A DNA stretch of 64,000 nt, from assembly GCF_000143415.4 (NCBI RefSeq), contig NW_003314312.1, forward strand, positions 67,261 to 131,260, written 5' to 3'. Each line of letters begins with the position of its first letter. Position 1 is the first letter of the stretch. The notes beneath the pieces were generated by a model. The model was given only the letters and a program-made list of their open reading frames with translations. It made no database searches and was not told the origin of the DNA. The stretch is from Selaginella moellendorffii (Eukaryota > Plantae > Lycopodiophyta). Positions 34,320-47,020 of the stretch are shown here, piece by piece. Position numbers and translations under genes: made by a program.

Positions 34320-35810
34320 ATGGAGGAGGACGAGCTCGACGAGCTCTTGGACACAATGCTGGGCCGGAGCGCGAGCGCCATAGAGGTTTGCAGCACCAGC
34401 AGCGCATCTCCTTCAAATCCAGGGATCACATTTTCATTTCCCGGCTGGGGAATCGATATGCACACGGATTCCAAGCGCCAGACGGCGGTGGTGAGGCATT
34501 TTGGAGGCGATTCCAAGAAATCTTCCTCTGCCAGGCAGAGATCCAAGTCGAGCGGGGCGCTTCTGGTCGCTGGGAGCCCTGCTTCCGAAATTCCAGACGA
34601 GGTTCTTCTCAAAATCTTTACTTTCTTGGAAGTGACCGACTTATCGGCCTCGCGGCAAGTTTGCAAACGGTGGTACCTTCTGTGCTCATCGGATTGTCTC
34701 TGGGAGAGATTTCTCACCTTGAAAGCTTCGAGCACCAGCGAATTACCCAGGTATGTTTTCTCCTTTCTCCTTGCTAAAAAAAAAAAAATCGTTTTTCTTC
34801 CATCTTTTTCCTTCAAGGTGGCTAGAACTCAAGCACAGCATCTCATCGTTCCGGATCAGTGCTCGCTATACATATTCGAGAAGAGGCTACGAGATTTTCA
34901 TCGAAGCGATCGAGGCATGGTGGCGAGATGGACAACCGCACGGGAAATTCAGCTCGTCGGTGCTCTGTCCATTGATACGCAAAGTCACGCTCTCGGACTG
35001 GTGTGTTTTTTACGAGGTTCTAAGCGCTGCGTTTGCAAAGCGTGCAGATACTCTTGCAGTCGAGCTCCAGAAACACTCTCAAAGCGGTGGTCGTAGCCAC
35101 TTTGATCCGTCTCCGTCGTCGACCGAGAGTTTTCACGGCGATGGGGTTGCCGGTGTGGAGATTTGGAGCCGCCTTTGCGGCTTCTGGGATCGTTATATCT
35201 CATGGATCAAGCTGGTCTCTCTACACTGCGCAGATTTAAACTACGCTGTCCGACTCGAGAGAGTCCGGTAAGTTTGTAGCAACGCTATGGCCTGTTTATC
35301 TCATCTCGTTTCGTTGCTGCCGCGCGCCACCGCCACCGAGTACTCACTTGCAGTACTGTGGAGACTCCGACACTATATAGCAAAGGAGTTCTTTGCTTCA
35401 GGTTCGAAGCTCTCAATGTTTTTCTTGTTTGTTACAAGTTTTGTGACAAAGTTTTGTGTTTGCAGGAGTCAAGTGATCTTGAGCTATGGATTGCGAAAGC
35501 TCTTGCAAGCAGGATTGCTGTGGCTTTCCGCCAGAGAAACGGAAGGCTCGGCTACCGAAGAAGACATCGAAGTGCTGTGCTCGTTGCATCATCTTCTACA
35601 GGCAAGCTTTTCCTTTTCAGTTCTTCTTGGTATTCTCGAGCTCATCAAGAGTTCTATCTCGTTTTCTAGGTGCTTGACGTCTCTGATGACTTCACGCTAC
35701 CTGCTGATAGCTTCACGCAAGCAAAGTTTAGAAGATGCTTCCTCGACGGTGAATCGTCGCGGGATTTCTCGCGGTCTCAAATTATAGCTGCTAGAATGGA
35801 ACACTTCTAA
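34320..35810 (+). CDS. F-box protein with a C-terminal cullin-N-repeat-like region; predicted exons 34320-34750, 34818-35267, 35354-35401, 35466-35601, 35670-35810
   Basis: F-box IPDEVLLKIFTFL...SRQVCKRWY..CSSD.LW. The exons join in frame using GT-AG introns and one GC-AG intron. Confidence 0.8.
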
Positions 35811-36164
35811 TCTATTCTGGAACTTTCTTTGACTTGCTAAACAAAGGAATGGATCACAGTTCTAAAGGTATACGAAATCATGCAAGGGTTTAACCGTCCA
35901 CGTGGCCTATTTGTGGCCGTTTGCCTTTGGCCCTTTTAGAGCCTATAAGGATTTGGGTAGAGTTCGTGGTTAGGGTTTTTGGTGGGGTGATTGATCGGGA
36001 GCGACCAATTCCAGCGTCAGGCGCATGCTCTTCCCGATCTGAGGCCAGCATTCGCAATCTCCGCTGAGGTGAGCGCCGCGATCGCGAAAAGAGCTGAGAA
36101 TTTCGCTGTGGAATGAGCTAGAGATCAAGGGTTAGATGAGTTTCGATCCCGGGAGAGCATCAGA

Positions 36165-39100
36165 ATGTACACCACGGTGGGGCGCTTGAGCAGCTACATC
36201 TCACAGGGCGTCTACACAGTCTCGGGGCCATTCCATCCCTTTGGAGGCGCGGTCGATATCGTGGTCGTGGAGCAGCCAGACGGGAGTTTCAAATCCACGC
36301 CATGGTATGTCAAGTTTGGAAAATTCCAGGGGGTTCTCAAGCGCAGGGAGAAGACTGTGACGGTGGGTGTCAACGATGTAGATGCGAGCTTTCACATGTA
36401 TCTGGATCACAAGGGAGAGGCTTACTTCCTCGAGGATGCATCCGACGACGATGAGAAGCAGCCTTTTTCTCCCCCAAGCGGGCCTTCGTCCGGGGACGAG
36501 GGGCATGAATTGGCTCTCGAGTATCACAAGTTGGTGGATCAAGGGATTGGCGGGGATGGAAACGATTCGGCGAGCGATGTAGAGGAAGTAGTGGTTTTGA
36601 ATTCCAGCGAGAGCTTGGAATTGGAGTTTTCGGGAGCGACCAGTAGTGATAGTTTAGGCGGGGTGGCGAAGCCTCATGAAGATGGAGCTCGGACGAATTT
36701 ACTCGAGCTTCAGGAGGAGGCTTTGGGGATTGCCTCGTCGGGGGCGACGACGACGACACCAGCGGCGGCTCTTTTTGCAAACACCGCGCTGATGGCGATT
36801 GAGAGAGTCGCGGGGAAGCCGGTGGAAAATGGAGAGGTGCATGCCTCTTCTCCCGACGTTTTGGAAGTTGACCAAGCTGAGAAGAAGGGAGGGCATGCCG
36901 AGAATGGAGAGGTTTCTTCTCCCGACGTTTTGGAAGTTGATCAAGCTGAGAAGAAGGAAGGGCATGCTGAGAATGGAGAAGTTTCTTCTCCCGACGTTTC
37001 GGAAGTTGATCAAGCTGAGACGAAGGAAGGGCATGCCGAGAATGGAGAAGTTTCCTCTCCCGACGTTTTGGAAGTTGATCAAGCTGAGAAGAAGGAAGAG
37101 CAGATATCTGTGACGTCGCTGAGCTCGAGGAACGGCGACTACGTGATGAATTCTTACGAGGTCACGCGGGCTGTTGATAGGAGCTACGTCATAACAGGAA
37201 CTTCAAAGGAAGAGGTGCAAAAGAAAGCTATGGAGTTGGAGAAAGAGGTGGCTGGGTTAGATATGAAGCTTGTCAGTGAGGAAGGTTCGCCTCACTCCGA
37301 GGCCCTGAGTGAAGGGATTCGGAAGGGTGGTGAAGCGACCGTGGTGGAGGTAACCAATTCCGTTCAAGACATTGCGGGGACCTTGATATCTGAGGTGCCC
37401 GATGTGCAGGAGATTGCATCGAAGGAAGAAGTGATATCTGAGTTACCCGATGAGCAGGAGATTGCATCGACTACTTCCAAGGAAAAAGTGATATCCGATG
37501 AGCAGGAGATTGCATCGACTACTTTCAAGGATAAAGTAATATCTGAGGTACCCGATGAGCAGGAGATTGCATCGACTACTTTCAAGGATAAAGTAATATC
37601 TGAGGTACCCGATGAGCAGGAGATTGCATCGACTACTTTCAAGGAAGCAGTGCAGGAAGCCACCGACTTGGCGACAAGCTCGGATAAGATTTTGACCGGC
37701 TTTGGGGGGAGCTCGTCGTCTAAGGTCTCGGAGGAACAGGAAAACGCATCGACTGATGTGATACCTGTTAAAGTGACCGAGGTAGCAGAAGAACAGGTTG
37801 TCAGCTCGAATGGGGCCGGAACTGAAGACGAGAAGAAAAGCTCGCCGGATAAAGTGGAGACCACGTCGATAGACGCGATCATTACCGAGCCTTCCGATGA
37901 TGAAGCTGGGGAGTTAAAGCAAAAGGATGGAGTGTTGGACAAGGCCCGCATTGAACAGGAAACTCCATCGGCCGATGCGACTGCTGCGGCAGAAGCAGCG
38001 GGATCAGCAGCAGGAGCACAGAAGCTGAAAGCAGCGCTTGATAGCAATGTTGAGAGACGAACTTGGGGGTGGTGGGTCTGGGGGGGTGGCTCTTCGAAGC
38101 CAAAGCTGGACTCTACCACCTCCAAGGGCAAAGCTGACGAGGGAGAGGTGGTGGCCGTTACAGGAAAAGAAAGTATTGTAAACAGTAAGGTAGACCTTTC
38201 CAGCGCCGAAGTTGTACTCATGAGCGTCGATGGCCACGTGGTGGTGGCCGAGCACGACGAAACCCCACAAAAGCAAGTACAGCTTCAGGAGATTCAATCA
38301 GCACCTGTTCAAGTCCTTGAGAAGCAGATGCTGCAAGTGAGCGAGAGCACCAGCTTGAAGGCTGGTCCGGAGTCGGCGATCGAGATCTCAGAGCAGAAGA
38401 TTGTCGCGACGGAAGCAGCGTTGCACAACTCGATTGCTACTGGGCTCATAAGAAACGGCTACTGGACCTCTTGGAAGCTAACGTCTAATAAGACGCTCAT
38501 TCCCACTTCCGAGCAGCTGGCGTCGCTCAAATTGAAACCGGGCAGAAACAAGATAACATTCACGTTTACCACTCGTGTTCTCGGCAAGCAACAGGTAGGT
38601 AGTGGTGTTTTGCTCTTGTTCGTTTCTTACTGATGTTTTTTTCTGCCTTGTCTGGTTCAGGTGGATGCTCGCATTTACTTGTGGAAATGGAACACTAAAG
38701 TTGTAATATCGGACGTGGATGGGACTATTACAAAGTAAGTCTTGTCTTTGATACCACGGCTAGAAACTTGGTGATTTTTGACTGCAGGTCCGATGTGCTT
38801 GGGCAGGTCATGCCTTTGGTCGGCAGGGACTGGACACAAACTGGAGTTACACGTCTTTTCTCTGCCATCAAGGTTTGTATCAATCCTGTGGATTTTCCTA
38901 CGAGTTTCTTATGAGAATATTGCTGCAGGATAATGGCTACGAGCTTATATTTCTTAGCGCGAGAGCCATTTCACAGGCATACCTCACACGGCAGTTTTTG
39001 GTGAACTTAAAACAGGTACGAGAAGAAGCATTTTTATTTGATTATCCCGGCGCTAATTGTCTGTTTTGAAATTTGTAGGATGGCGAGGCCCTTCCAGATG

Positions 39101-39718
39101 GACCAGTAGTCATCTCTCCTGACGGCTTGTTTCCTTCACTCTATAGAGAAGGTATTGTTGTCTTACATTTAGTGCTAACGATTGCTGGCGCTTCTCCTCT
39201 CGTGTACAGTTATACGCCGAGCTCCTCACGAGTTCAAAATTGGATGCCTTGAGGTTAGTCTTTCACCTTTGCTTTTCCTCGTTATCAATATGTACTGATG
39301 CATGCTCCTTTACGCTCAGGATATTAGAGCTTTGTTTCCCCCCGAATGTCAACCGTTTTATGCGGGATTCGGTAACAGGGACACGGACGAAATTAGCTAT
39401 TTGAAAGTTGGGATACCGAAGGGGAAGATTTTCATTATAAATCCCAAGGTACGGCTCCCATCGTCTTTTCCTTGATCTCAACTCTGCATTTCAGGGGGAA
39501 GTAATTGTAAATAACATCTTGGACCTGAAGTCGTACACCTCGCTTCACAAGCTCGTGAATGATATGTTCCCTCCCGTAAATTTGACGGAGCGGGTAAGCT
39601 GATTTAACGCTTCTTCTGTTAAGGCGCCATCTCATGGATGTGTTTCCTGTTTGTGCAGGAGGATTTCAATTCTTGGAACTTTTGGAAGATGCCACTTCCG
39701 GATGTTGACGACCTTTGA
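36165..39718 (+). CDS. PAH1: Phosphatidate phosphatase (lipin, PAH1/PAH2 family), multi-exon
   Basis: N-LIP domain ([32 protein letters not shown]); HAD motif [15 protein letters not shown]; FLSARAI; [11 protein letters not shown]; [11 protein letters not shown]. Confidence 0.95.
36825..37100 (+). repeat. 69-bp coding tandem repeat, four copies ([23 protein letters not shown])
   Basis: Visible in both DNA and translation. Confidence 0.9.
37385..37645 (+). repeat. ~57-bp coding tandem repeat, about five copies ([19 protein letters not shown])
   Basis: Two exact 57-nt periods at 37501-37640 plus degenerate upstream copies. Confidence 0.9.
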
Positions 39719-40020
39719 AGGAGAAAATATTTTTTGTGAGGTACCTTGACCGGGACCCCATTTTCGCCCTCGGAAATTGTTTGTACAGTAGAATGCACAC
39801 AGATAGAAACCGCCGGCATTCGGCGGTCCGGGAGCTGTAGAAATCACGAGAAATATTCAGAGGGGCCAATAACCCAGTCACGACTGGGCTACCTACAGTA
39901 TTCATCAGTAAGACGTTGCTTTCATTCTTATTTTTCTTATTTGTTTGATCGATCTTATAGTGTACAGAGTATCTTATCTGTGAGCTTTAAGCAGATGTTT
40001 GTTTATAAGTTTTTGATCGA

Positions 40021-41462
40021 TCAGAGGGGAGATCTATGCGGAACTCCTTTCCTTCTCTTGGCACTCCTGGAGGAGCACCTCCTGGGGGGTGTTTGTGGTG
40101 AGATGGAATTGATACTGTTGACAGTTTCTTTTGGTTCGTCCTCAGCAGCAGCAGCAGCAACAGCCATTGGTGACGACATTGAATTGTTAGAAACAGTGCT
40201 GCCGTCTGGCGAAAGTTCCTCGTCCTCTTCGATGCTGTTCTGGAGAAGAAGTTGCTGCTCGTGTTCCTGTTCATCACGAGCGGAAGGCAATCTGGTAAGT
40301 GGTCTTTTGCTGGAGGAGCTCCTCGTTTTTCTCTTTTGGCCTTGAGCCGTGGTCGCTTGTCTTTGCTGTTGTTGGGTCGCTTGCGGCTTGCTAACAGTGT
40401 CCTTTGCGCTTTTGTAGTGCCTCTGGATCCACTCCAACTAGAAGCAAAGGTGGGGAGAGCATCAGCGGGATAACCGATGAGACGAAGACAGGGAAACATA
40501 ATACCTTGCAGCCGAGCGAGCAAAACTTGAAGGTATCGAGCAAGCTTCGATCGCAAATCTCACAGGTGTTTGTGACTCCCTTTGCGTGGCGTGGCTGCGG
40601 CCGCTGGTTGAGGAAGACAACGCGAGCGCTGTTGATAATGTAGGATTGGACACCGCTCAAGTCGAGACACTTTTGGATCTCCGACACGCGAATTACGTCG
40701 TGGTACGATGACCTCCGGATCTGCATGGCAGCGAAAAGAAGCAAAAAAAGAAAAAGGAGAGAGTTTTGATCGCGAGCTTTATAAAGTTTGCAAAGAAAGA
40801 AGCAAGGAAACGAAGAAACGCTGTGCAACAAAGCTATGGAAGAACTGAAACGAAGCTATGGAAGAATTGAAAAGCAAAGAAACGATGCAACGAAGCTATG
40901 GAAGAATTGAAACGAGGGAAGGGATTAGAAGGAAAAATTGATCATGGCTTGTTCCAATTGGAATCAAGATGAGAGCTCTTTCACTTTGTTCGTTTATCAG
41001 CACTCATCATCTCATTGTTTTGATCGATCGCGCGATCAAAAGGGGAATTTTGGAATTCCGGAACTCAAATCGTGGCTGGGAGTGAAATTGCGATCAATGC
41101 AGGCTGTTCTATGTGCGCTAAGCAGCGGCGAGAAAACCCACGAGCGCGATTTTGCTAAGCAAATCCCAGGATCACGTAAAAAGCACCAAGAACACCAAGA
41201 ACAGGGGAGGACACGTTTCTGGGCATTCAAATGGAGGGAGGAGGAATTTTCTTACCTGGACGATTCGGTGAGCTCGATGGTAGGACGTGCAAGCGGAGCA
41301 GAGTGGATTCTTGGCGCAGTCGAGGCAGAAGAGATTGCACTCGCATTTGCTCGATTCGGCGGAGCTGTGGATCGAGCAGGGCTCGAAGAAGGCCGCTTGG
41401 AGCAGTGGTTTGAGCCAAGCTGGACCCATCAAATCGCTGGGCGCTACAGCAACGCTGCCCAT
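40021..41462 (-). CDS. PLATZ zinc-binding transcription factor (3 coding exons)
   Basis: PAWLKPLL...FF.PC..H....ECNLFCLDC...LC..C..H..H.IVQ / [12 protein letters not shown]...[18 protein letters not shown]...CEICDRSL...FCSLGCK / [11 protein letters not shown]. Confidence 0.93.
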
Positions 41463-42397
41463 TGCTGTCAATCCCCTGGAGAGAAAAAAACACAAGGAAA
41501 TTTCTTAGAAAATGATCAATCGATCACAAAACGATGAGATCGTCGAGGGAGTAGAGCAAAGAAGAAGGAAAACTCCAAGCAAAGAGAAGCGCCATCGATT
41601 TGATCCTCACGTTTTTTTGTTCCTTGACAAGAAGAGTGTGATCGTTTCCTTTTTCAAGGGGCGATTCGCGCGCTAGTACGCATTGCAATTGGATCTCCGG
41701 AGCTCCTCGCCAAGAAGCCGCGATGAGAAGAAAAAAGAATTCGCGCGACCGCGCAAGAATTTATACGCAAAAGCAAGACCTGGCTCTCAGGCGATCGAAG
41801 CGATTCGAATTCCAGCGATCAGAAACGATGGATCGATCGATCGACGGGGAAAGAAGAGGAAGAAGAAAGGGAAGAGAAGAAGGCAAACATTTGAGAACAA
41901 GATTGATAGAAATTAATATCACACAAGACACACCCACACAGCACACACATTACATGTTGCCTTGCATCAAGGCCGGCTTGGGGCCGCCGATGCCGTCCAT
42001 TCGCTTCATCCGACGGCCGCCAACGCCTCGGAATTGCCACCGCGCTTCCCTTCCTCAGAAACACCGTCGGATTCTAGCGGCCATTTGACGGCCCACAGCG
42101 AAGAGCCCACCTGGCCGTCCGATGCCGCATCCGACGGCTGGCGATCAACAAGACGCGCGCGTTTGAATGAACGCCCGTTTGGCTTCGTCTTCTTTGTCCA
42201 TAAGCTCCTAAAACCTTCTTTTCGTTTTCCCTAACCCTAAATACAGAGAACCTATTTTAGGGTTTGGGTCTTAAAACTTTTTGGCGGAATATTCTTAATT
42301 CAAACTCCATTAGGGCTGGTAAAGTGGGAGAATATACAGAGCATCTTTTAATTTAGGGTTTTGTCCCCCGCGAGCGAGGGAGGGCATTCTTGGAGCC

Positions 42398-42916
42398 ATG
42401 GCGGCGGCGGCGCCTTTGGATTTTCGATTCCTCGACGAGGGGCTAGGCGGCGCCAAGAACAAGAAGCGCAAGCGCGATGCAGACCAGGCGGCGATGGATG
42501 TGGAGGAGCAGCGGCAGGAGGAGAAGCGGCAGGCGATGGATGAGGGAGATTCCAGGCCCGTCTACGGTAAGCCTAGCTATGACGGCGTGATCGCGGGGAA
42601 GGTGTCGGGGCGCAAGTGGAAGGAGGTGAAGACGTGCCGCGCGTCGGCGCTGCGGGTGAGCGTCAAGGGCAGCAGCCTGGAGGAGCGCGCCAAGGCCAAG
42701 CGCATCGCGGCGGAGTTCCGGGAGCGCAAGCAGCAGCTCAAGGAGCAAATCCGGGCCAACAAGGTGGACAAGCGAAAGAGGCTGGAGGAGTACAAGAAGA
42801 GGAAGGAGGAAAACGTGAAGAAGTCGGGGTTGAAGCTCCAGAAGGTGACCAACCTCAAGAAACTCCAGAAAATGTCCAAGAGGGAAAAGAAGAAATTGGT
42901 GACCGTGGCAGAGTAG
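42398..42916 (+). CDS. CCDC86/Cgr1-like basic coiled-coil nucleolar protein, intronless
   Basis: GKVSGRKWK motif, Lys/Glu/Arg-rich coiled coil, KRKEENVKKSG..LQKVTN..KL.KMSK. Confidence 0.8.
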   Translation: MAAAAPLDFRFLDEGLGGAKNKKRKRDADQAAMDVEEQRQEEKRQAMDEGDSRPVYGKPSYDGVIAGKVSGRKWKEVKTCRASALRVSVKGSSLEERAKAKRIAAEFRERKQQLKEQIRANKVDKRKRLEEYKKRKEENVKKSGLKLQKVTNLKKLQKMSKREKKKLVTVAE

Positions 42917-43759
42917 TAGTTTGGTGGCACAGCACGGCAATTAAAGGTGGCAGTGTGTCGCTGAAGAGCACAGATCTGGCAGCTGCGAATCGCGAGATCT
43001 GCGAGAGAAAGTAAGTGCTAGACTCGATTGTTAGATCGATCGATAGTTTAAATTTTGTTCTCCTGTTTTTTGTCGCTTTAATTCCTTGCTGATGGCTGAG
43101 AAGGACCAGAGATTATCGCCGGGCTCTTCTCTCAGACCGATCAGGGAAAAAGAAAGCAAAGAAAGAAAAAACAATTCTAGCGGACGTTGGAGTAGATGGA
43201 AGGCCCAGCTACTCATTCAAGTGAGCTACAGTGGTGTTGATTTCCTCAACGTTTACGAACAGCTCTTCTCCACTCGGTACTTGACTTTCGGCCTGCTCGA
43301 TTTGGCTCGGCTCGGCTGCTTTAAAGGTTCCTACTGGTTTCTTGGACTGTTTCGGATCGGATCGGATTGGACGGACGGACAAAATCCATTCCCTAGAGTG
43401 TTGGAACCCGAGAGCAAGTCGAGAACGTTGGACAAGCTAGAAAGCAAGCAGGAAGGCAACGAGGCAACGAGAGACAAATTCGTCAACTTTTCATTAGATG
43501 TACACAATAATTAGCAGCCAGCAGCAGCAGCCGCCACAGCAGTGGCAGCAGCAGCAGCAGCACAGGGAAGAAGGAAAAAACAAGAAGAGCTGGATGATGT
43601 CGAAAAAAATGGACGAACCGGCAAGAGATCTCGAAAACTTTGAACGTCCCGCCCCGCTTTCTGAGAAAAAGGAAGAAGAAGCTGAAAGGAAACAAGAAGG
43701 AACAGGAAGTGTGTGCTCGCTCGCTCGCTCGTTTGATCGGGCTAGCGAGTTAGCGAAGC

Positions 43760-45946
43760 TCAAAAACTGGGCGTTCCGGACCAGCCATCGAGACACTTCA
43801 ACAAGGGAGTAACAAGCTTCCCCTGACAGATGGCATCGTAGACTTTCGTGAAGTCCTCGCCGGGCGTTCCACTCTTGGTCCCCATGAGCAGCGCAGTCCC
43901 GGCACCTTTCCTCACAAACTCATACAGCGGCGCCGAGGCACAGTCGAAGATCCGGTTTGGCAGCACCGCGTTACCGCTCTCGTACGCCTCCCTGGCCGCC
44001 GGGACCTCCACACTCAACGCCGCCTTGAGCTCCTCCTCGAACAGCCCGATCTTGTGCAACACCGAGGAGCTCGTCTCCTTCTCGTCCCCGATGTTCTTCA
44101 GGGCGTGCTCGACGAGAACCTGGCGGAGCTTCTGCATGAGCGGGTATCCAGCGCTGGCCGGATCATCGATGTAGGTGAAGACGTGCTGGTTGTCCACCAC
44201 GGACAGGAGCTCCTTCTCGCAGAAGCGCGACGGCAGCAGCGCTCCGGCAGCCCCGGTGGTGAGCGTCTTCTTAACGGCGTGAGAGACGGTCTGCTTCACG
44301 GTGGCTTGCAAGTTCTCCTCGAGGTGGCGGAGGTCGATGGCCTGGCACAGCGCCACCAGATACGTCGACGACATGAGCTTGAGGATGTCGAGAGCTTCCA
44401 CCGTCTTGCGAGCCGAGACGAGGCCGAGAGAGTTCACGTCCTGGTTGTGCTGCTCGGCGCTCTGGACGTGGGTGGTGACCGGGTTGGCCAGGTACTGGAG
44501 CTCCGAGGTGTACGAGGCCATGGCGATCTCGGCACCTTTGAAACCATAGTCCAAGCTCGGGTTGGATCCGCCGCTGAGGTTGGAAGGCAGGCCGTTGTTG
44601 TAGAAGTCATTGACGAGCTCCGAGAACTGCGCGAACATGAGCTTCCCGATGGCCGCCACCGCCAGGCGCAAGTTATCCATGGACACACCGATGGGCGTCC
44701 CCTGGAAGTTGCCACCGTGGAGGGCCTTGTCGCGAGCAACGTCGATGATCGGGTTGTCATTCACGGAGTTGATCTCGCGCTGGATGGAGTGAGTGGCGTG
44801 GCGGATGACCTCGATCTGGGGGCCGAGCCACTGCGGGGAGGTGCGCAGCGCGTAGCGGTCCTGCTTGGGCTTCTTGAGGGGGTCGGTCTCGTGGAGCTTG
44901 GCGGCGGCCTTCATGTAGGAGCTCCCGGCGAGGACGTGCTCCATGATGGCGGCGGCCTCGATCTGGCCGGGGTGGTGCTTGAGCTTGTGCGTCAGCGGAT
45001 CCGTGAACTCGGGCTTGCCTTGCATCGCCTCGCAGAACATCGCGGACAGGATCTCGGCCAGGAGCGCCAGGACGTTGGCATCGAAGCAGGCGATGGAGGC
45101 CACCGCCGCGCCCACTGCCGTGCCGTTGACGATGGCGAGGCCTTCCTTGGGCTGGAGCTCGAACGGCTGCTCCACGCCGACGAGCTTGAGCGCCTCGGCG
45201 CTGGTGACGACCTTCCCATCCGGCAAGACGGCGCGCGCGTTGGATCGGCCGGTGAGCAGCCCGGCAATGTAGCTGAGAGGAACGAGATCGCCCGAGGCAG
45301 TGATCGTCCCGCGGAGTGGGATCCGCGCCACGATGCCCGAGTTGACGAGCTTCTCCATGGCGGACAGTATCTCCCACCGGATGCCCGAGTAGCCCTGGAG
45401 GAGCGTGTTGGTGCGCACCAGCATCGCGGCGCGCGCGAAGGCCAGCGGGAGAACGTTGGTCGAATCGTCCTCGCTGAAGATCCCGGCGTTGAGGAAGCGG
45501 ATGAGCTCGCGCTGGAGCTCCACGCCCTGGTTGGTCCGGCGGTGGGAGGTGGCGCCGAATCCAGTCGTGACGCCGTAGGTGTCGGTCCCCTTCATCGCAT
45601 TGTCGAGCACCCAGTTGGAGCTCTCGTCCACCCTCTTCTTGGCAGCGGCGGAATCCAAGCGTACCTGGGCTGCGGCGCCGCGCTTGGCCACCGCCGCCAC
45701 CTGGGCGATGGTGAGCGTGGTGCCCTCAATCGGGAAGCTGGGCTTGGCGGCGCCGTAGACGGTGTGGACCATCTCGCGGACCTCCTCGAGGTGGCTACCC
45801 GACATCGCCGCCGCGGCCTTCTTCCAGCTGAGGGGATCGGAGGTGTCGTAGCGCGGAGTGGAATTGGGGAGGCAGAGCGTGGGATCTGGCGACACCCGGA
45901 CGAGCGGCGAGTAGGAGGAGGTTGTGTCGCTGCCGTTGGCCACCAT
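43760..45946 (-). CDS. PAL: Phenylalanine ammonia-lyase (copy A, canonical), intronless, 728 aa
   Basis: [12 protein letters not shown] (catalytic Tyr), [12 protein letters not shown] motif [51 protein letters not shown]. Confidence 0.97.
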   Translation of the reverse strand: MVANGSDTTSSYSPLVRVSPDPTLCLPNSTPRYDTSDPLSWKKAAAAMSGSHLEEVREMVHTVYGAAKPSFPIEGTTLTIAQVAAVAKRGAAAQVRLDSAAAKKRVDESSNWVLDNAMKGTDTYGVTTGFGATSHRRTNQGVELQRELIRFLNAGIFSEDDSTNVLPLAFARAAMLVRTNTLLQGYSGIRWEILSAMEKLVNSGIVARIPLRGTITASGDLVPLSYIAGLLTGRSNARAVLPDGKVVTSAEALKLVGVEQPFELQPKEGLAIVNGTAVGAAVASIACFDANVLALLAEILSAMFCEAMQGKPEFTDPLTHKLKHHPGQIEAAAIMEHVLAGSSYMKAAAKLHETDPLKKPKQDRYALRTSPQWLGPQIEVIRHATHSIQREINSVNDNPIIDVARDKALHGGNFQGTPIGVSMDNLRLAVAAIGKLMFAQFSELVNDFYNNGLPSNLSGGSNPSLDYGFKGAEIAMASYTSELQYLANPVTTHVQSAEQHNQDVNSLGLVSARKTVEALDILKLMSSTYLVALCQAIDLRHLEENLQATVKQTVSHAVKKTLTTGAAGALLPSRFCEKELLSVVDNQHVFTYIDDPASAGYPLMQKLRQVLVEHALKNIGDEKETSSSVLHKIGLFEEELKAALSVEVPAAREAYESGNAVLPNRIFDCASAPLYEFVRKGAGTALLMGTKSGTPGEDFTKVYDAICQGKLVTPLLKCLDGWSGTPSF

Positions 45947-46249
45947 TTTCGCTTCTTCCCTGTGAGCTTCTCCTGGATCGATCGATTGAGGGAGGATTTG
46001 TCTAGCTCCTGCAGCAGGGGAGGAATGAAAAGCCCAAATTGAGAGCGCCGCTAAATCGAGCTCCTGCCAATGCACAAGACGAGGATGCGTGGAATCGATT
46101 GCCCGGCCTTGCCCTGTTCTCCGATCGAATCGCCCTCTCTTTGCTCGGATCGAATCGAATGTTTGCGCTCTTCTTTGTGTGTTCTTCCTCTTCTTTTGTG
46201 CGTTGGAAAAAGAGAGAAGAGAGAACACTGATCTGTGCCAGCGTTTGAA

Positions 46250-47020
46250 CTACCCTTTATACCCGCGCTGCCGCCCTCGGATGAGGGCCCATCCGACGGC
46301 TGCACTGTCATGGCCATGGCCATGACCGGCATGACGTGGCAGACCGGATGCTCTAAGAATATTCCGGGCCGCGTGGGCGAATGGTCACCAACCTACGGCG
46401 GAGATGACCGGGCAGTCAAGCAAGCGCTGCGCGCCGCGCGTTCGATGCGGTCCATGCTGGGCACTTCCACTGCTAGTTCGCTGTAGGGAAATAAAACACA
46501 TGGGCCAGTCAACGGTAGAACCCGCACCACTTCCGTACGAGCTGTGGGAATTGTTTTATTGGGTTTAGAGCCTAAATTAGCATTACCACCTTATCAAAGT
46601 AGCATTTAAGGAATTATGCAAACAATGGTAAAATGCACCTTTTGAAGAAGAGTATAAAGTAAAAGCAAATGAGATTTAAATATGGTGGTGTGAAGGTGGT
46701 ATAAGTTATGTACCGTAACTTGAGTCTTAATTGAGGTGGGGGGAAGTTAGGATATTCTAATGGGGACATCCCTATCTACCAACCGCGGCGTCCAGGTGGA
46801 CGGCCGGATTGTCAAGCCCGCGTGGCGGACGGGTGGATGGACTTGACCCGCCGGCAAAGCCCTACCTGCCGGTCAATGCGTGGCATGGGGGGCATGGGGG
46901 CATGGGGCCATGGGGGGCATGCTGGGTCATGGTGACGTGGAGCCCTAAAAGGTCGATGCGAGGTGACGTGGGCAAAGCACCGCCTTTGTATGTGTTGTAT
47001 GATTCTCTTCCACGTCGCCC
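46250..47020 (-). promoter_or_regulatory. PAL promoter region: TATA-like box, ACGT/G-box cores and AC (MYB) elements
   Basis: Minus-strand TATAAA at ~46256-46261; TGACGTGG at ~46332, ~46933 and ~46964; ACCAACC at ~46386 and ~46778. Confidence 0.55.

Noticed and set aside
43086-43812. ORFs between CCDC86 and PAL, including a poly-Gln stretch
   Set aside because: 3' UTR or intergenic sequence with a CAG microsatellite; frames are not preserved in copy B.
44054-46042. 662-aa plus-strand ORF (and the 428-aa ORF at 59208-60494)
   Set aside because: Antisense shadows of the GC3-rich PAL coding sequence; broken by a stop in copy B.
45947-46228. N-terminal extensions of PAL (also of ARO, ESF1 and the CR-like ORF) in the ORF track
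   Set aside because: They begin at non-ATG codons and read like 5' UTR; the first in-frame ATG was used instead.
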